Below are positions 1-28,500 of a stretch of 64,000 bases of DNA, piece after piece. Within the stretch, counting starts at the first letter, position 1; every line of letters starts with the position of its first letter. Origin of the DNA: Antedon mediterranea (Eukaryota > Animalia > Echinodermata); contig NC_092674.1 of assembly GCF_964355755.1 (NCBI RefSeq), forward strand, positions 21,762,001-21,826,000, read 5' to 3'. The notes beneath the pieces were generated by a model, which was not told the origin of the DNA, made no database searches, and worked only from the letters and a program-made list of their open reading frames with translations. The position numbers were made by a program, and so were the translations under genes.

Positions 1-1678
1 CTCTTGCTCGTAGTCTCAGAGATGCAATGCTGAAGTGTCTATGTTCTGATGATTCGCTAAATGCCGAATGTTCAGGAAAAGAAACACCAGAGGAATGCGA
101 TCCAGATACTGCACTACCGGGACCATGAAAAGCACTTAACTCGGGAACAAATCCTGAACTAGGGTCAGAAAACATTTTTTGAGAATTATTGGTTGGAGTT
201 CTGTTTTGAATTAGACCTAAAGGCGCTTTCAAATGATCTGCAAAATAGTGCGAATACGGTGATTGAATTAGGCCATGCGTCTGTGCTAAAATATGAAATG
301 GATAAGGTACCGATACTAAAGGTAAATGAGCTGATAGCCTCTCATGGGCAGTTGCAAAACAATTTAGAAGTTCCTTTTCAGCTTGTTCAATAATGGCTGA
401 TCGTCTGTTTTCTCGTGACACAAGAGAAATTGTTTGGCGGGAATGAATAGGCGGAACGACACCAGATTGCTTCTCCCGTTTTCTCCATTTTGCTCGCCTG
501 TTTTGGAACCAAACCTACAGGAAATGAACAGAGTCAAACAATATGTTAACGGATATTTTTTTAATGAATATGATGAGGTGCATCGACAAGTGGATGGATG
601 ATTTATTGATGGATAAATGATTATTGTATCATATTTTGTAGTTATTTATGTAACGTTCTTCGCTATAAATATATGTAGTTTGCAACGGAAGAATGGTTGA
701 TGAATGGATTACAATTGGTTGGATGAACGGAAATCCATATTGATAGACAGGGACTAGAACATAAAATGATTGAAGGGAGTGACTTAACGGATACACTGCA
801 GAAAGCATTCCCAAAGCTTACCTGAACTCTAGCCTCAGTCAGATCAATTTTTAGAGCTAGCTCTTCTCTGAAATTAAGATAAAATCTTTGAAAAAATGTA
901 TCAATTTATGGATATTTGGATCATTTTTAAAATAATAATATTTCAGCCTTGTTTAAAGAAGGTAATCCTTCCAGTCTATCTAAGAGGTTAACTGATATTC
1001 AGGGCCGGCCTTCTTTAATGAACAATTATATATTTAACAACTCTCATAAATTATACAACATTAAATTAAATAATATTAGTGTCTTTGTAGTATCATGTAG
1101 CAAAAAATATCTCAATAAAAAAGTTTTTGTATATCGTTATCGATACATTCAAGACCTAAACGAGACGTGTTCTGTAAATGGGAAAAATGACGCCTTATAG
1201 GAGTGTCCACTGAATAGATAGGTATAAAATAAAGAGTTCTACTATAGGCCTAATGGAATGCAAATTAACATTGATGATGTGCAGTTCTATCTTACCTTGT
1301 AAAGACATCCGGATAGTGTGTTTTACCAAAAGCATTTTCCAGTTCCTCCAGCTGATGACTTGTGAAAGTAGTTCTGTATCTTCTCTGCTTCCGCCTGTCC
1401 TCCGCTCTACCATGCGAATGAAATCTGTCTACCACATCATCGACGTCAATGGTATCACTGTCATTATCTTGAGGACTTTCAAAACTCTCTAAAGAATCTG
1501 TCAAATCTTCATGATGTTTCAAACGCTGATGAGACTCGTTTGAAGAAAAGTCTGAATCAAAAGATTCTCGAAGTCTATTCCGTGAATCTTTTAGGCCTAA
1601 AGCCTGGGTAGATTCAGTCTGTTGTGAGTCTTTCGAATTTTGACAAGAACTATCCAGATGCTGGAACCCAGCCTCCAT
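1..1678 (-). CDS. Arx: Aristaless/Arx-like PRD-class (Q50) homeobox transcription factor with C-terminal OAR motif; 3' end runs off the window
   Basis: Exons 1678-1296, 867-822 and 514-<1, joined by GT-AG introns, give the homeodomain [33 protein letters not shown]|[15 protein letters not shown]|[15 protein letters not shown], very close to Arx/aristaless. The VQ|VW intron is typical of the PRD class. The last exon stays in frame to [10 protein letters not shown](E), the OAR motif, at positions ~31-1. Confidence 0.9.
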
Positions 1679-1925
1679 TTTGCCACTCGCTTGAGATGTG
1701 TTCGTTTTTAAAAATATCTCTGAAGTAGTCTGGTTGTACGTTTTTCCTTTTTCTAATCTTGCTGCTTGTCGTACTTAATGTACGATTCACTTATACTTAA
1801 ATCAACGTCTTAATACGATCTAGAATAATAAAAAGATTAATGTGAACAAGCGCATACAGCCGGTTGCTTTACTCTAGAAAAGAATATCCTCCTTTTAAAG
1901 TTTGGCTACACCGTGAATAATATCC

Positions 1926-1976
1926 TAATCAAGATAATTAACACCATTATTAATTAATTAGGTAATTAGCTAATGG
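1926..1976. promoter_or_regulatory. Cluster of TAAT/ATTA homeodomain-binding cores upstream of the Arx-like ATG
   Basis: taatc...taatta...attattaattaattaggtaattagctaatgg, including TAATTAATTA (P2-type palindrome), ~250-300 bp upstream of the start codon. Function is inferred. Confidence 0.35.
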
Positions 1977-2834
1977 AATAATGTATAACCAAGGTTGATC
2001 AATATTGTTGCCGTTACCATAAACCAATTATTGGTTTTAGAAGTAGTAGTATATCCGGTGCCCAACGAAAAATCAACAATGATGAATTCAGTGAATTAAA
2101 CGCTACGATGCACACATTTTATTCTTAACATAGCCAGTAGTTCCGATATAGACTAATTATAAGAAAAAAAACCACAAAGTCATTATGACCATGCCAAAGC
2201 CTGAGGATAATCGATATAATTTACTGTTTACTAAAAGTATAGTATTGGAAAAACAAATAAGGTAGAGGAAAACATTAAATTATAATACTTCTATTTAAAC
2301 TCCTAGAACACATTGATGAAAAGTTTGGTTTTAACATTGAAATAAGAAATAATTGTACAGGCTAAAAATCGATGACATTTTAAAGAAATATGAATTTTAT
2401 ACACGAGTATATCAACCATAGTTATGCAGTGTATGTTAATATTAATGTGATGATGTGTATGTTACAAGCATGCACCTGTAATAATACAAGTAATAGTAAT
2501 AATGACGATTGTAGGTCTATGCGGGTGTAGTGGATGATTGTGTTGTGAGTTGTTTGTGGTTGCTCAAAAAAGAGAAGAGAAAGAGGTTAATGATGTTGAG
2601 AATCATTCGCTAATGTATAATGGTTACTGGGAAGATATAAGAATAAAGGACGAAGATGAGGATAGGCCTAAAATGATGGCAAAGATGAATCGATGTAGAT
2701 GACTACCATGATAACGACACTGACGTCTGTTGATAATGGTCTAAAATTAAACAATAATGAGATAATGAGAGAAGTGATGATGGAAATTGGTAATTGTGTT
2801 TGGGATGGTGATGATGATGATGACAATATAAGAA

Positions 2835-4238
2835 CTAGATTTAATTCGTCACTATGACGAATTATAGGTTATATGCATTGATTTAAATAAAGATAATAGA
2901 TTTTTAAAAGATATATTGATTGATTGATTTTCTCAGAATCTTTAATTATTTATAATATATGATAGGACCTTGCTAACGCGAACACCATAGCCGGTATCAC
3001 AATCCGATCAAAGATCCATATGCGTATAATGTCATAAACCACATTTGTTGTTACGTAATAATAAAGACATAAGTTAATTTTTATCTAGATTTCATTATAA
3101 ATCATGTGTATAATCTATACACTAAGAAATAAATTTGAACAAACAATACGGATAATAAAAAAAAATCTTATTTCGTTTCCCGAGGTGAGACTCGATCTCG
3201 GTACCTTGAATGCCATAGACACGAGCACAGACCACCGAGCCGTACACAACTGACTAAAAGTTGTAGAAAAATTCCTCGGTGTATTTACTATGCAGTAACC
3301 ACTTTGATGCAAATAGATTATTACATACCGAAATGAATTATAATTTTTTACTATGATGACATCTTTAAAATGTATACAAATGATGCACTGTCAAACTACA
3401 TACTTTTAACTTTAATATATGAATTTTTGAAGGAAGAAAGTTAATGTTAAGTTTGTTATTTTGGCCTAAGAAAATGTCATAATTTGTTTGATTGTCGAAA
3501 TTATTTTTTTTTAATTTAATATGCAATTAATGATGACTTAATCAACTTTTGTTCTCTTTATTTGATAATAAATCATACATATGATACATACACTTCAAGA
3601 AAATGAAATAAAAAATAGGTGTTCCCCTGCATTCTGACGATATATATTAATTTTTAAATTTAGCATATTTTCACCATTTTGTTAACTTATACGTGCGTAG
3701 CCAGTCACTTTTGACGTGCTCGTATAACGCAATTTCGTGTTGAAACCTGAATCAAATATGATGATATTATTAAAGAAAGATTGTAAAACAGAAATCGGGC
3801 AAAAAGAGTGCGCACTAACGTTTAACGCGCAGTGCGCGTGCAAAAATCTGCGCACTCATGGCAATTTTTTAAACGCTTAAAATTGCCTGAAACGTACTCT
3901 AATTTCATCGAAAATAAATTTTGACAATTTTGAACATTTTAAGCGCGCGTACGCAAGCGTTATATGCGCTACGCACGTAATTTTATTGCCATATGATGAA
4001 ATATGACCTGAAATTTATGAGTACCAAATTTTGTTTAATTGTGATTCATGCTTGTGAAGATATGATTACAAACGTGATTTCGTAAAATCGCGCGTAGACC
4101 GCGTAATTTTTGATTATGCATCGTGAAAATATAACCACATCGATTCCTGGCCATGAGGAATATACTCTGAAAACTTGACTTAGCTAGATTAAACTGATGC
4201 CAAGATAATGCACGGACAAAATAGTGCTAAGGAAAGAA

Positions 4239-4273
<35 letters not shown>

Positions 4274-4326
4274 AGATTTTGACAGAATCAAGAGGTTATA
4301 TGCATATCATGCATATAACCTAATAA
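2835..4326 (-). mobile_element. Non-autonomous Helentron/DINE-1-like element (HINE)
   Basis: On the minus strand it starts TTATTAGGTTATATGCATGATATGCATATAACC (subterminal repeat plus inverted repeat), followed by a (TATT)n microsatellite at 4237-4274. It ends TGCATATAACC-hairpin(AATTCGTC atagt GACGAATT)-AAATCTAG|TT. The core at ~3690-4210 recurs at ~52650-53135. It interrupts a (GAT/GAC)n-rich tract present on both sides. Confidence 0.75.
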
Positions 4327-7300
4327 AGTGAGGAGTACGACGATGATGATGACGACAACGACAACGATGATACCGTAATGATAATGATGATGATGATGAC
4401 AACGATAACACGATGACGATGGGGATGTTATGACAAAGTTGTCCCTGTGCTGTTGATGATGATCTGATTAAGATATGATGATGTTGATGATCTATATAGA
4501 TGTAATAATAACAGAGTAGTTTCAGACAAGGACAAAGATGAATACTGAAGGAATAGTTAGAAAGAAATAGGTTATATTAGATGGTGCAGTGAATTATATT
4601 ATAATAAATTACGACAATTCATCATGACAAGTTAAAAAACTTACCGCTAGCTCTAACTACTCCAAAAAAGATATTTCCGAAAAAAGTACAATGATGATAG
4701 GCTGTGAGAAATAGTTCACCGATCCGACTAACGTTTTTCTTGTTCCACCTCGGAAGCTTAATTGCAAATTAGTAATTTGTCTGGCCATTCACACTAGCTT
4801 TTAGTTAGATGTGGGTAACGTATATGTACAGTACTTAATTCATCGTATAAACAGACAATAGAAATGTGTAAGGTGTTTAAGTTTGTTTAAGTCTTTGATC
4901 TAGCGCGACCCAATCACGAGAGCTTTACCCTGGTCACGTACTATCACCGTCGAACTAATCAACTTGTCAAGGGTTCAATTAAACTTGCCTTTGTATCGAT
5001 TGCAGACCATGGAAGCTAATTGCGACTAATTAATTAATGACAAAATGTACATTTAGGTTATACATGTTAAAAAATGACTAGGTCCTCAATTAAGAGAACT
5101 AACATCTGGAAGAACCAAACATTAAAACACACCTGAGTGTATCCTCGCCATTTGATTAGTTAATTTCGTACTGGGTGTAGTTCAGTAGACTGCCATTAGT
5201 GCTATTACATGGTAAAAAGTTATATTGAATAGTTCTATTTTTAAACTAATTTTAATAGGAGGCTGTGGTAACTGTTATTACGTTTGAAAACTAAGTCAAA
5301 ATCAAGACTGATTAGGCCTAGAGATGGAAGGAAGCGTACTTTGGAACAGTGGGTGTGTTACAATATTACACAAACCATACATATAGTTCACTATAATCTG
5401 CACACACAGTATAGTAACAGTGATGATGTTAGTACCGCTTACCTTTACCAGTCCGCAAACACTGGAAACGTCATCGTCATCATTTCGCTAACTCGTAAAA
5501 CAAATACTACTGTAATAAATGTTTTGTATTCGTTCAATGGGAAGAACATTTTCATTTGTTGAAAGACTGTAAATTATTCAAAGTCATGAAAATATTCTCT
5601 ACATTCACCTCATAAACAAACCCATTTAACCAGTAAGCAACCGACTCTACAGCTCACTATATCGGTAGGTTGGACGGTCGGTAAACACTATAAACACTAA
5701 CTCAAATTTGAGCACGCAACTGCAGCCATGTATATGACCTTGTTTATAGTTCAGATTGGTAGTTCTAACAAAACTAAAAATGAAAGAAAATTTTCTTTTC
5801 AACAAAAAAACTTTTTCTGTGGGTTAAACATTTATTAGCATTTCTACATGAGGCATGGACAAAATTAATGTTTTTCATGTACCAACTTAAAGAAATTAAA
5901 GAAAAATGATAAATTTAGCAAGTACAGTAGTAATCAATAATGATTTGGAATAACGTAGTAGCAGTAACGTCTCTACTGTATTACATTTACAGCATAGGTT
6001 TTATATTTGCATTGCAAAAAGAATTTTACAACATTTTAAATTATAAATGGTCTGAGAAGTAAGAGATTACTGTACAGTATTTTAAAATACTACAGACACT
6101 TTACAAGCAATGAAATAAGCTATAACTTGGGAAATAATCTTCTATAAAACCCCAATCATGCTTTCTCTAAGCCTAATGTTAAGAAAGCTGTAAAATGTGC
6201 TAAATGTGAAGAAAACAAACAACTCTTTTAAAAAAAAGTTTCATACAACTTAATAAATGATTGAATCACTTCATGTTAATGATTAGCTAAGACAAATGCT
6301 AGGCAGTGAAGGTGCATTTTATTCTTATTATGTTTCATTAGAATCATAATAGTAGGTTACTGTATTACATTAAACTCAATAAGTCTTAATATATCTCAAT
6401 CAACTTCAGACTACTGTATTAAAATAACTTTTAGTTGTCCATTTATGTAACAAAAACCAGGAGATAACAATATAAAAACCATTGAGAGGAATAACAGAAA
6501 AATTGCACACCAAATACTTGAGACCGCCATGTAAAATATTCATTAAAAATATTAGGACTGTAAAAACATATTCTAAAATAAAAATATTCAGTAAAAAATA
6601 TTAATATACGGACTCCCACTACAGAATAAGGCATTTATCTTTCTAATCTACAGAACAAAATTAATTATTTTCTTTTATAGTAAATATGTGACCATATTTG
6701 GTGGTCATAGTAGCCTATTATTGTAGATTTTGCATTTATTTCATATTGTAACTTATCACAGAAGACGATGTTATGACTTAGGTAGAAAATATACGGAGTT
6801 CATTTGACAAATACTTATTTTTTAGGTAACATCGAATTGACAAAATATAAGTCCTATCAAAAACCACCCTTACAATAATCACCCTTCCCAAACTAAACAT
6901 GCCGCATTGTGTAGGCCATAACTATTTTCCCAGCTATCCAAGTACGTTTTTTATTTTCCAATTGTAGCACCCAAGTCTATGAATTTATTAAATTATGTAA
7001 ATATCTTGAGTACTAAGTTTATAAGAACATTGGTGGAACCATTGCTGGAGAAGCCAGACTATATATATAATAATTTCTCAGGATATAAATATATAAGAAA
7101 GTCATCCAAAATGATACAGTATATAACTTTTAAAGAATATTTTGTTTTTTTATAATCATTTTTAAGCAAATCTTTTAGGCAAATGGTACATTTCTAAAGC
7201 ACTGCATGTTGTATTTTAATTTTGTCTTTAATTTTTATTATTTGAACGATTATTAGTACTGGATAGTGTTAGAAACGCAGCCATAAATAAAATGTAGTTA

Positions 7301-8402
7301 ACACTCTCTCTAAAAATTGGAAACTTTCCCAAAACCAGATTTTTTAAAGTTATATGTAAAATGCATTTGGAGGACTAGACATTTTGAAAAATACTCTATC
7401 GCAGGTAAATTGCTTACCATCCTAAAATTATTCAACACAAAATGGGCAATAAAAATAAGTGTACATAGATTTGCTTGGTGATTATTGTACACACTGTTAC
7501 ACCTTGTTGGGGTTACAAAGGGTTACTCATCAAACAAAATGGCTTTCAAAGCCAAAATGTGTGTATTTGAATGTCATGTATAAAGATTATAGATGAAAGT
7601 TAATATACTACTGTACATACTATGTATAGAAGAATGGTGTTTAATATGTTCTATCCTTTATTATACCTAATCTAAAGATGAGCATGTATTTTATTATTCG
7701 ATAATCATCAGGATTTATTTATTTTTTTCAAATAATAATGCATTGCTTTTTGTAGATTTTATTAATTTCCACCAATGTATTTTAATTATTTTTATTTTAT
7801 TCTACTATAAAAAAATATGTACATGTGCCCATAGAGTTGACTTGATTGTAGCATACAGAAACTTGGTTAAGACAAGCGATGAAGCCTGCGATTATTAAGC
7901 CATAGCTTTTGTATGAATTAGCTACTATCATCATCACCTTTACTGGAGCTGATAAACTTGCATCCGATCTCACGTATAACTATCACACATCTATACACGC
8001 ACTCATTGCACCAACCACACGGGACGGCGCAGAGCACGTTTTGATCCTCTGACGACGTATCTTATCACGCCACACTCGCAGACACCTTTGAATTTTAAAT
8101 CGCTCACAAGCACACAGTCACATTCTCATTACCACAGATGGTTCTTGATGGTAGCCTGACATCATGTGACAACAGTAACGTTGCACAATGTCGGCATCAT
8201 CTCACATGATCATCAACACAGGACTACTCTTCTCACACACATTTGCTCCAGTTGAGCACATTTTTAAATGGATACTAGAGAATAACCAGTAGTCTTTAAA
8301 AACGAGATGAACTCCTCACGACAAGTGCCAAGTGGAGATTTCTAGTGACAACCGTAAATCTTGTTTTCTTTTCTTGTTGTTGTTCGTCCTTCTCCTCGTC
8401 AT

Positions 8403-23319
<14,917 letters not shown>

Positions 23320-23399
23320 CTTTGACGTTAGAATTACCAAAGACGATCTCACAAAATCCAAGTAAAGTTCAACTAAACTTCGTAAAGGAACTACGAAAT

Positions 23400-23500
23400 A
23401 GCAGGCTATGAAATCTTCCAAAATGCCGGCCAGTAAATGACGTCATATGAAATGAGGCCAGGCGCTTTATAAACAATGATTCTATTGGACAATCTACTAA
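23400..23500. promoter_or_regulatory. KPNA proximal promoter (CRE and CCAAT) within the divergent KPNA/DHX33 interval
   Basis: Perfect TGACGTCA at 23438-23445 and ATTGG (CCAAT on the - strand) at 23484-23488, 120-170 bp upstream of the KPNA ATG. Confidence 0.5.
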
Positions 23501-23650
23501 TAAATTTCCCAAATTCAAGACAATTCGCGTAAGTGTAGCATCTATAAACAAAAAGGAAATTTATTTAATGAAAAAATAGCATAGAACAACATTTAGGTGG
23601 ATAATTGTTCAAATAGGTGAGTTATTGACTTTTTTTTTTGACTTAATTAA

Positions 23651-24276
23651 AGCCCCATTCCCTACGTTTTTTAGATCTAATTTAAGATCACAAACTATAT
23701 TTAATGTAAAAATAATACTATATGGTCCTATTGCGATAACTTTTTTCGTCTTTAAACGGTTAAAAATGTGAAAAATAAGTCGATTTTAATAATTATAGCG
23801 GCCCGCTATAAATCCCAAAATGCATTGCGCGCGGATTGATATTTTTGTTTTTCACCTGTAATTCGCCCACTTTTCGATCGATCGTGAGGCCAAAACAAAT
23901 GGAAGACTCCTAACTTTTCAGCGAAAATATCGGGTTTTCCCCAATTTGTATCAACGGAGTCTGGCAAAAATAGAAAGACAATTAATGCAGCAACTATACA
24001 ACGTCAGGCTAGGTATATAGCTAGCGTACGATGTTCGTACGTTACCGATGTTTACCAGCTAGGCCTAAAAAACTAAGCCTAGCCAGGCTAGGCCTAAGAC
24101 CATCCACGAGAGGTCGATCGCCGCGAGCTACTTAGGTAGTGCATTGTTTCTCACTTTTTATCATAATTTACCATAAAACGTACATTTAAGACAAGGAATG
24201 ACATGGTTTAATGTTTTTAAAGTGATATATATGTATTATTTTCCAAAAAACGTCCAAAATTGCAGGGAAGGGGTCT
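23651..24276. mobile_element. TTAA-flanked MITE (Kolobok-like) between the KPNA and DHX33 5' ends
   Basis: TTAA|AGCCCCATTCCCTAC ... GCAGGGAAGGGGTCT|TTAA: imperfect TIRs with TTAA on both sides. Confidence 0.65.
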
Positions 24277-24569
24277 TTAAGCCAATCAATGACCCTGTTG
24301 TTCCAACGAATGGTTGAAACAAAAGTTGAATTGTGGGAGATTTTTAATTTTTTTTACGAAAAAGAAAAAGTCAAGGGTCGTCACGGTCTATTGATTTTCA
24401 CGAGGAAAATTTGAGGTTTGTTGTTATTGTTGCAGCCGCCCATAAATAAATCATTTAATATTATTTATATTAATAGCAGCCAGGCTAGAACATAATACTA
24501 AATAGGCTAGCCCTGTTCAATAAACTTGTAAGTTATTATATAATAATTAACGAAGTTTAAGTTAGTTAA

Positions 24570-25130
24570 CACCTACTAGCTAGCCTAGCTAGCCTAGGTC
24601 CTAGGACAGGTAGAGGGCTAGGCCTAGGCCTACCTCTCTCTAGCTAGGCTAGGCCTACGTCGTTCGTGTGGCGTAATATACTAGCTAGGCCTAGCCTAGG
24701 CAAGGCCTATTTAGGCTAGCCTAGAATCTAGGCTAGTCTAGGCCTAGTAGTAGTAGGTCCTAGCCTAGATAGCTTACCTACTAAGTCTAAACTAGCTAAG
24801 GCTGGCCCCTGGCCTAGGCTACTAGGCTACTACTACTAGGCTGGAGGCGCGCCTCTAGTTAGTCCTAGCTAGAGGGCTTTCTAGTGTAGGCCTAGCTAGT
24901 AGTAGTAGTAGTAGCAGCAGTACTATTACTATACTAGCTATGCCTCTAGGGCCTAACTATCTACTACTACACATCTATCACAGACCCCACGCATGCAGAC
25001 AGTACTATAAAAATAAATGTTAGGCCTAGCCCAAACTATAATAAGTAAGGCCTGTACTCGTGTAGCCCTGTTTGTACTATAGCTATGCCTAGACCAACTT
25101 ACTACTAAGTACTAGGAGGCCGCTAGTAAA
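24570..25130. repeat. CTAG/AGGCCT/TAGTAG palindromic low-complexity tract
   Basis: Dense ctagcctaggcctagctag-type words immediately after a candidate donor GTAAGT at 24528. Confidence 0.85.
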
Positions 25131-25149
25131 TATATTCATTCAATACCCT

Positions 25150-25480
25150 ATCTTGAAGCATATAAAATTGTTAAAGATTTCGAGGGTGTAGCCAAGGATG
25201 ACTTTTTCCAAATGAGAAGTAACATTAGCAGAATTACTCGAGGGCATCACCTGAGATTTTTCAAGCCTACTTTCCATAAAGGATTGAACTGTAGAAGACA
25301 TACCTTCTCGCAACGAGTAATAAACCATTGGAACAGTTTACCAGCCGACGTTGTCAATTCTGAGACCGCTAATACCTTCACGAATCGCATCGACACAATG
25401 TAGTTGATATGGGGTTTAAAAAGGCACATCGCCTAAACTTTCCCATTATAACTAAACTAAACTAAACTAAACTAAACTAT
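25150..25480 (+). mobile_element. CR1-type LINE 3' end with (AACTA)n tail
   Basis: Translates to TRGHHLRFFKP...RRHTFSQRVINHWNSLPADVVNSETANTFTNRID*, the CR1/L2 RT C-terminal signature, followed by an (AACTA)n pentamer tail. Confidence 0.8.
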
Positions 25481-25560
25481 CTAAACATAAACTAGGCCTA
25501 TAATAATATAATTGTTTTGACGTAAAAATGTTTTTACTTATATAGGCCTAAGACCTGAAA

Positions 25561-28500
25561 ATGAATTCGAAGAACTCATCGTCATTCAACAGAAAGCGGT
25601 CATGGAGCTCCAGCAATGGAGGAGATGAAATGTCTATAGCAAATAGAAGGAAAGATTTGCCCATCTATACAGCGAAACAGCGTTTCCTTGCTGAGATACG
25701 TCGAACATACACAGCTATTGTTATAGGAGAAACTGGAAGTGGAAAAACAACTCAAATTCCTCAGGTACTGATATATGATGACATATCAAATTAGATAAAA
25801 TTAATAATTGAAATTAGTAAAATTATTGTAATTTCATTTTATTTATTTGTAAAAATCTATTGACCAGAGATTGCAAAATAAAAATTTGAATAAATGTATT
25901 ATTGTTCTAATTTTCACATAATAATTGACCAAAAATTGAAAAAAAACCCAAAATTTATTATCTCTAAAACACATAATTTAATGAAAGTCTGTCAGACTGT
26001 TTATTTTGCCTTTATAAAGACTATGCTGTATTTTTGGTAAATTAAAACTACAAAATTGCCTATTCAAAGTTTGATTTTATTCATCTTTAGTTTTCATGAT
26101 TTGGGCGACACAATACCTTTAAAAAACAATAATTCTTTACGTTATTTGTTAAAAATAATGTTTTCCTTTTGTTATATCACATAGTATTTATTAGAGAGTG
26201 GTTTAGCTGGTTATGATGTTATAGCCTGTACACAGGTAAGAGATAATTAATATTTATTTATTGATTGTACTGTTTGAATGTTACATGTGTACTTTTCACA
26301 CTGAAAAATTAATTTAATCCCTATAATTTTTAAACTTTTAAATGACAATTTTACCCAGTTTTTTAGGCCAAGCTTTTGATTTTTAACTCTACAGTATACA
26401 GAAGTACCTTATATAACCAAACAAATATGAAAAAGAGGCTCCTCACAGGGCACAGCCTTAGTCTCGAGGAGCTTCTTTTTCAGTGAAATATTGAATAATA
26501 TATATTAATTATTTGGCATGTATTTCCAGCCTCGCCGGGTTGCAGCTATTACTATTGCTGAGAGAGTTGCGCTTGAACAAAACTCAGAACTTGGAGAAGA
26601 GGTAAGTAAATAGGGAGGTTTCGCAACCTTACGAATACGATAACAAAAACGGATACGTCATACATTTGTGAAACTTTTGAGCTGATCCCCATTTCATATT
26701 CGTAAAGCGTATTCGTGTTGACGAATATCACCAGTCATATTCGTAACTACAAAACGAGTATAGTTTTTAATCTATTTTGCACATTTTGCATTTGAATTAG
26801 GAATGATTCATGATTATAATATAATTATAGATTTATTGAAAGTAATTTACCAAAATGCCAGGTCAAGATAAATAGCAGTTTTTAAAGTCCTCACTTGCTT
26901 TGATGTTACGCTAGGCCTAGGCAGCCAAGCACCAAGCAACACGTACCTGCGCTTCGCTCAAATTTACCGCAGTCATATTTTGGACGCGCCTCAATATTTT
27001 GTTGCCATGCGAAACAGATTTTTTTATGGCTTACAAAAACGAATACGTGTGCGTGACGTATCCGTTTTCGTTATCGTATTCGTAAGATTGCGAAACCTCT
27101 CTATTATGTGGCATGGGTCTCATCTTATTATTTCCACAACTAAATGAATTTCCCCGGAGTTTGGGATAATAAAGGTTTATTGTATTGTATTAATAATCTA
27201 CCTACCAACTGTTTCAGTGACTAATGAGTGAGACAAAATATCAATATAGCACCCTCCAAGTTTAATTTTGCACCCAATAGATACATTCATGTGCTATATG
27301 GACCATAAAAATACATATACACATAGAACTATAGGCTAAATTAATAAATAATGCCATTTTGAGAAATCAGCAACATTTTCATGGATGTGTGAAAAATGGT
27401 AACGTATGTGTGAGACCTAAAAAATCAGCCCTCATGCGTGAGACTTGTGTGATAGTTGACAAGTATATATATAGTACAGTAGGTACATCCATGGAGATTT
27501 ATATTACATCTGATGTACAGGAATTCATACCAACTTTTTATTGATGTTTTTGCTTTGACTAATTGTTTAGGTTGGATACTGTGTCCGTTTTGATGATTGT
27601 ACTTCTTCAAAGACACGCATAAAGGTAAATACTTAAAAACAAACAATATAATTATATTAGCATGTATTGTATAAACATTAACATCTACAGTAAATATTAT
27701 TCTATTGTACGATTAATTTATTGAAATATAAAAGTTTAAAAATACTTATGCTAATGCTTATTATGCAACCTTTGTATAATATATTCAACTAACATGTTAC
27801 AGGTTAAAAATTATCAGGAATTATTCTTGATTTAAGGAAACCTACAATTTTCTTTTAGCCGCCTAAACTACGAACTAGTACATGACTACACTCTTGATTC
27901 AATTAGTAATAATGTCACACTATTACTGAGTGATTTTATTTTTTAGTACATGACGGACGGTATGCTGTTAAGAGAATCTATTCTTGATCCGGTGTTAAAA
28001 AAGTGAGTTTAAATTGTTTGGCTTTTATAAATATAAACTTAAGTTCAGACACTTTACTTGCATTTAAGTCTTCACCAAGGTGTACAAATCTATCTAGTAA
28101 GATCAATTGCACTGATTACTAATTGCAATATTATAGTGTGTTCCATATGATTTTGATCCAAGTGTCAAGTCTATCAGAGCAATTTTTTAATTTTAACTTG
28201 ATCTTTGACATGGCATGACCTTGGGTGGTGCCCTCCTCGATACAAAATGTACACTCACCCTATCCTCAGGTTTATTTTCCCCAAGTTTCAGCTTGATCAG
28301 AGCAATTGTAAAATGTTGACATTTGACCTTTGACCCTGACGACATAACGAATACAAACTAAAGATTGGGTAGTGAAGATTTGCTCTTTATCCATATTTAC
28401 ACTCCTCAGTTTTTAGGGTTGAAGGACATCATTTATTTCCTTCAACCTTTTATTTATAATACTGTAAAACATCTACATTCTAGGTATTCTATTATCATAC

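Noticed and set aside
2480-4500. (GAT/GAC)n tracts as an acidic coding exon
   Set aside because: Interrupted by stops and by a transposon, with no splice context: low-complexity DNA.
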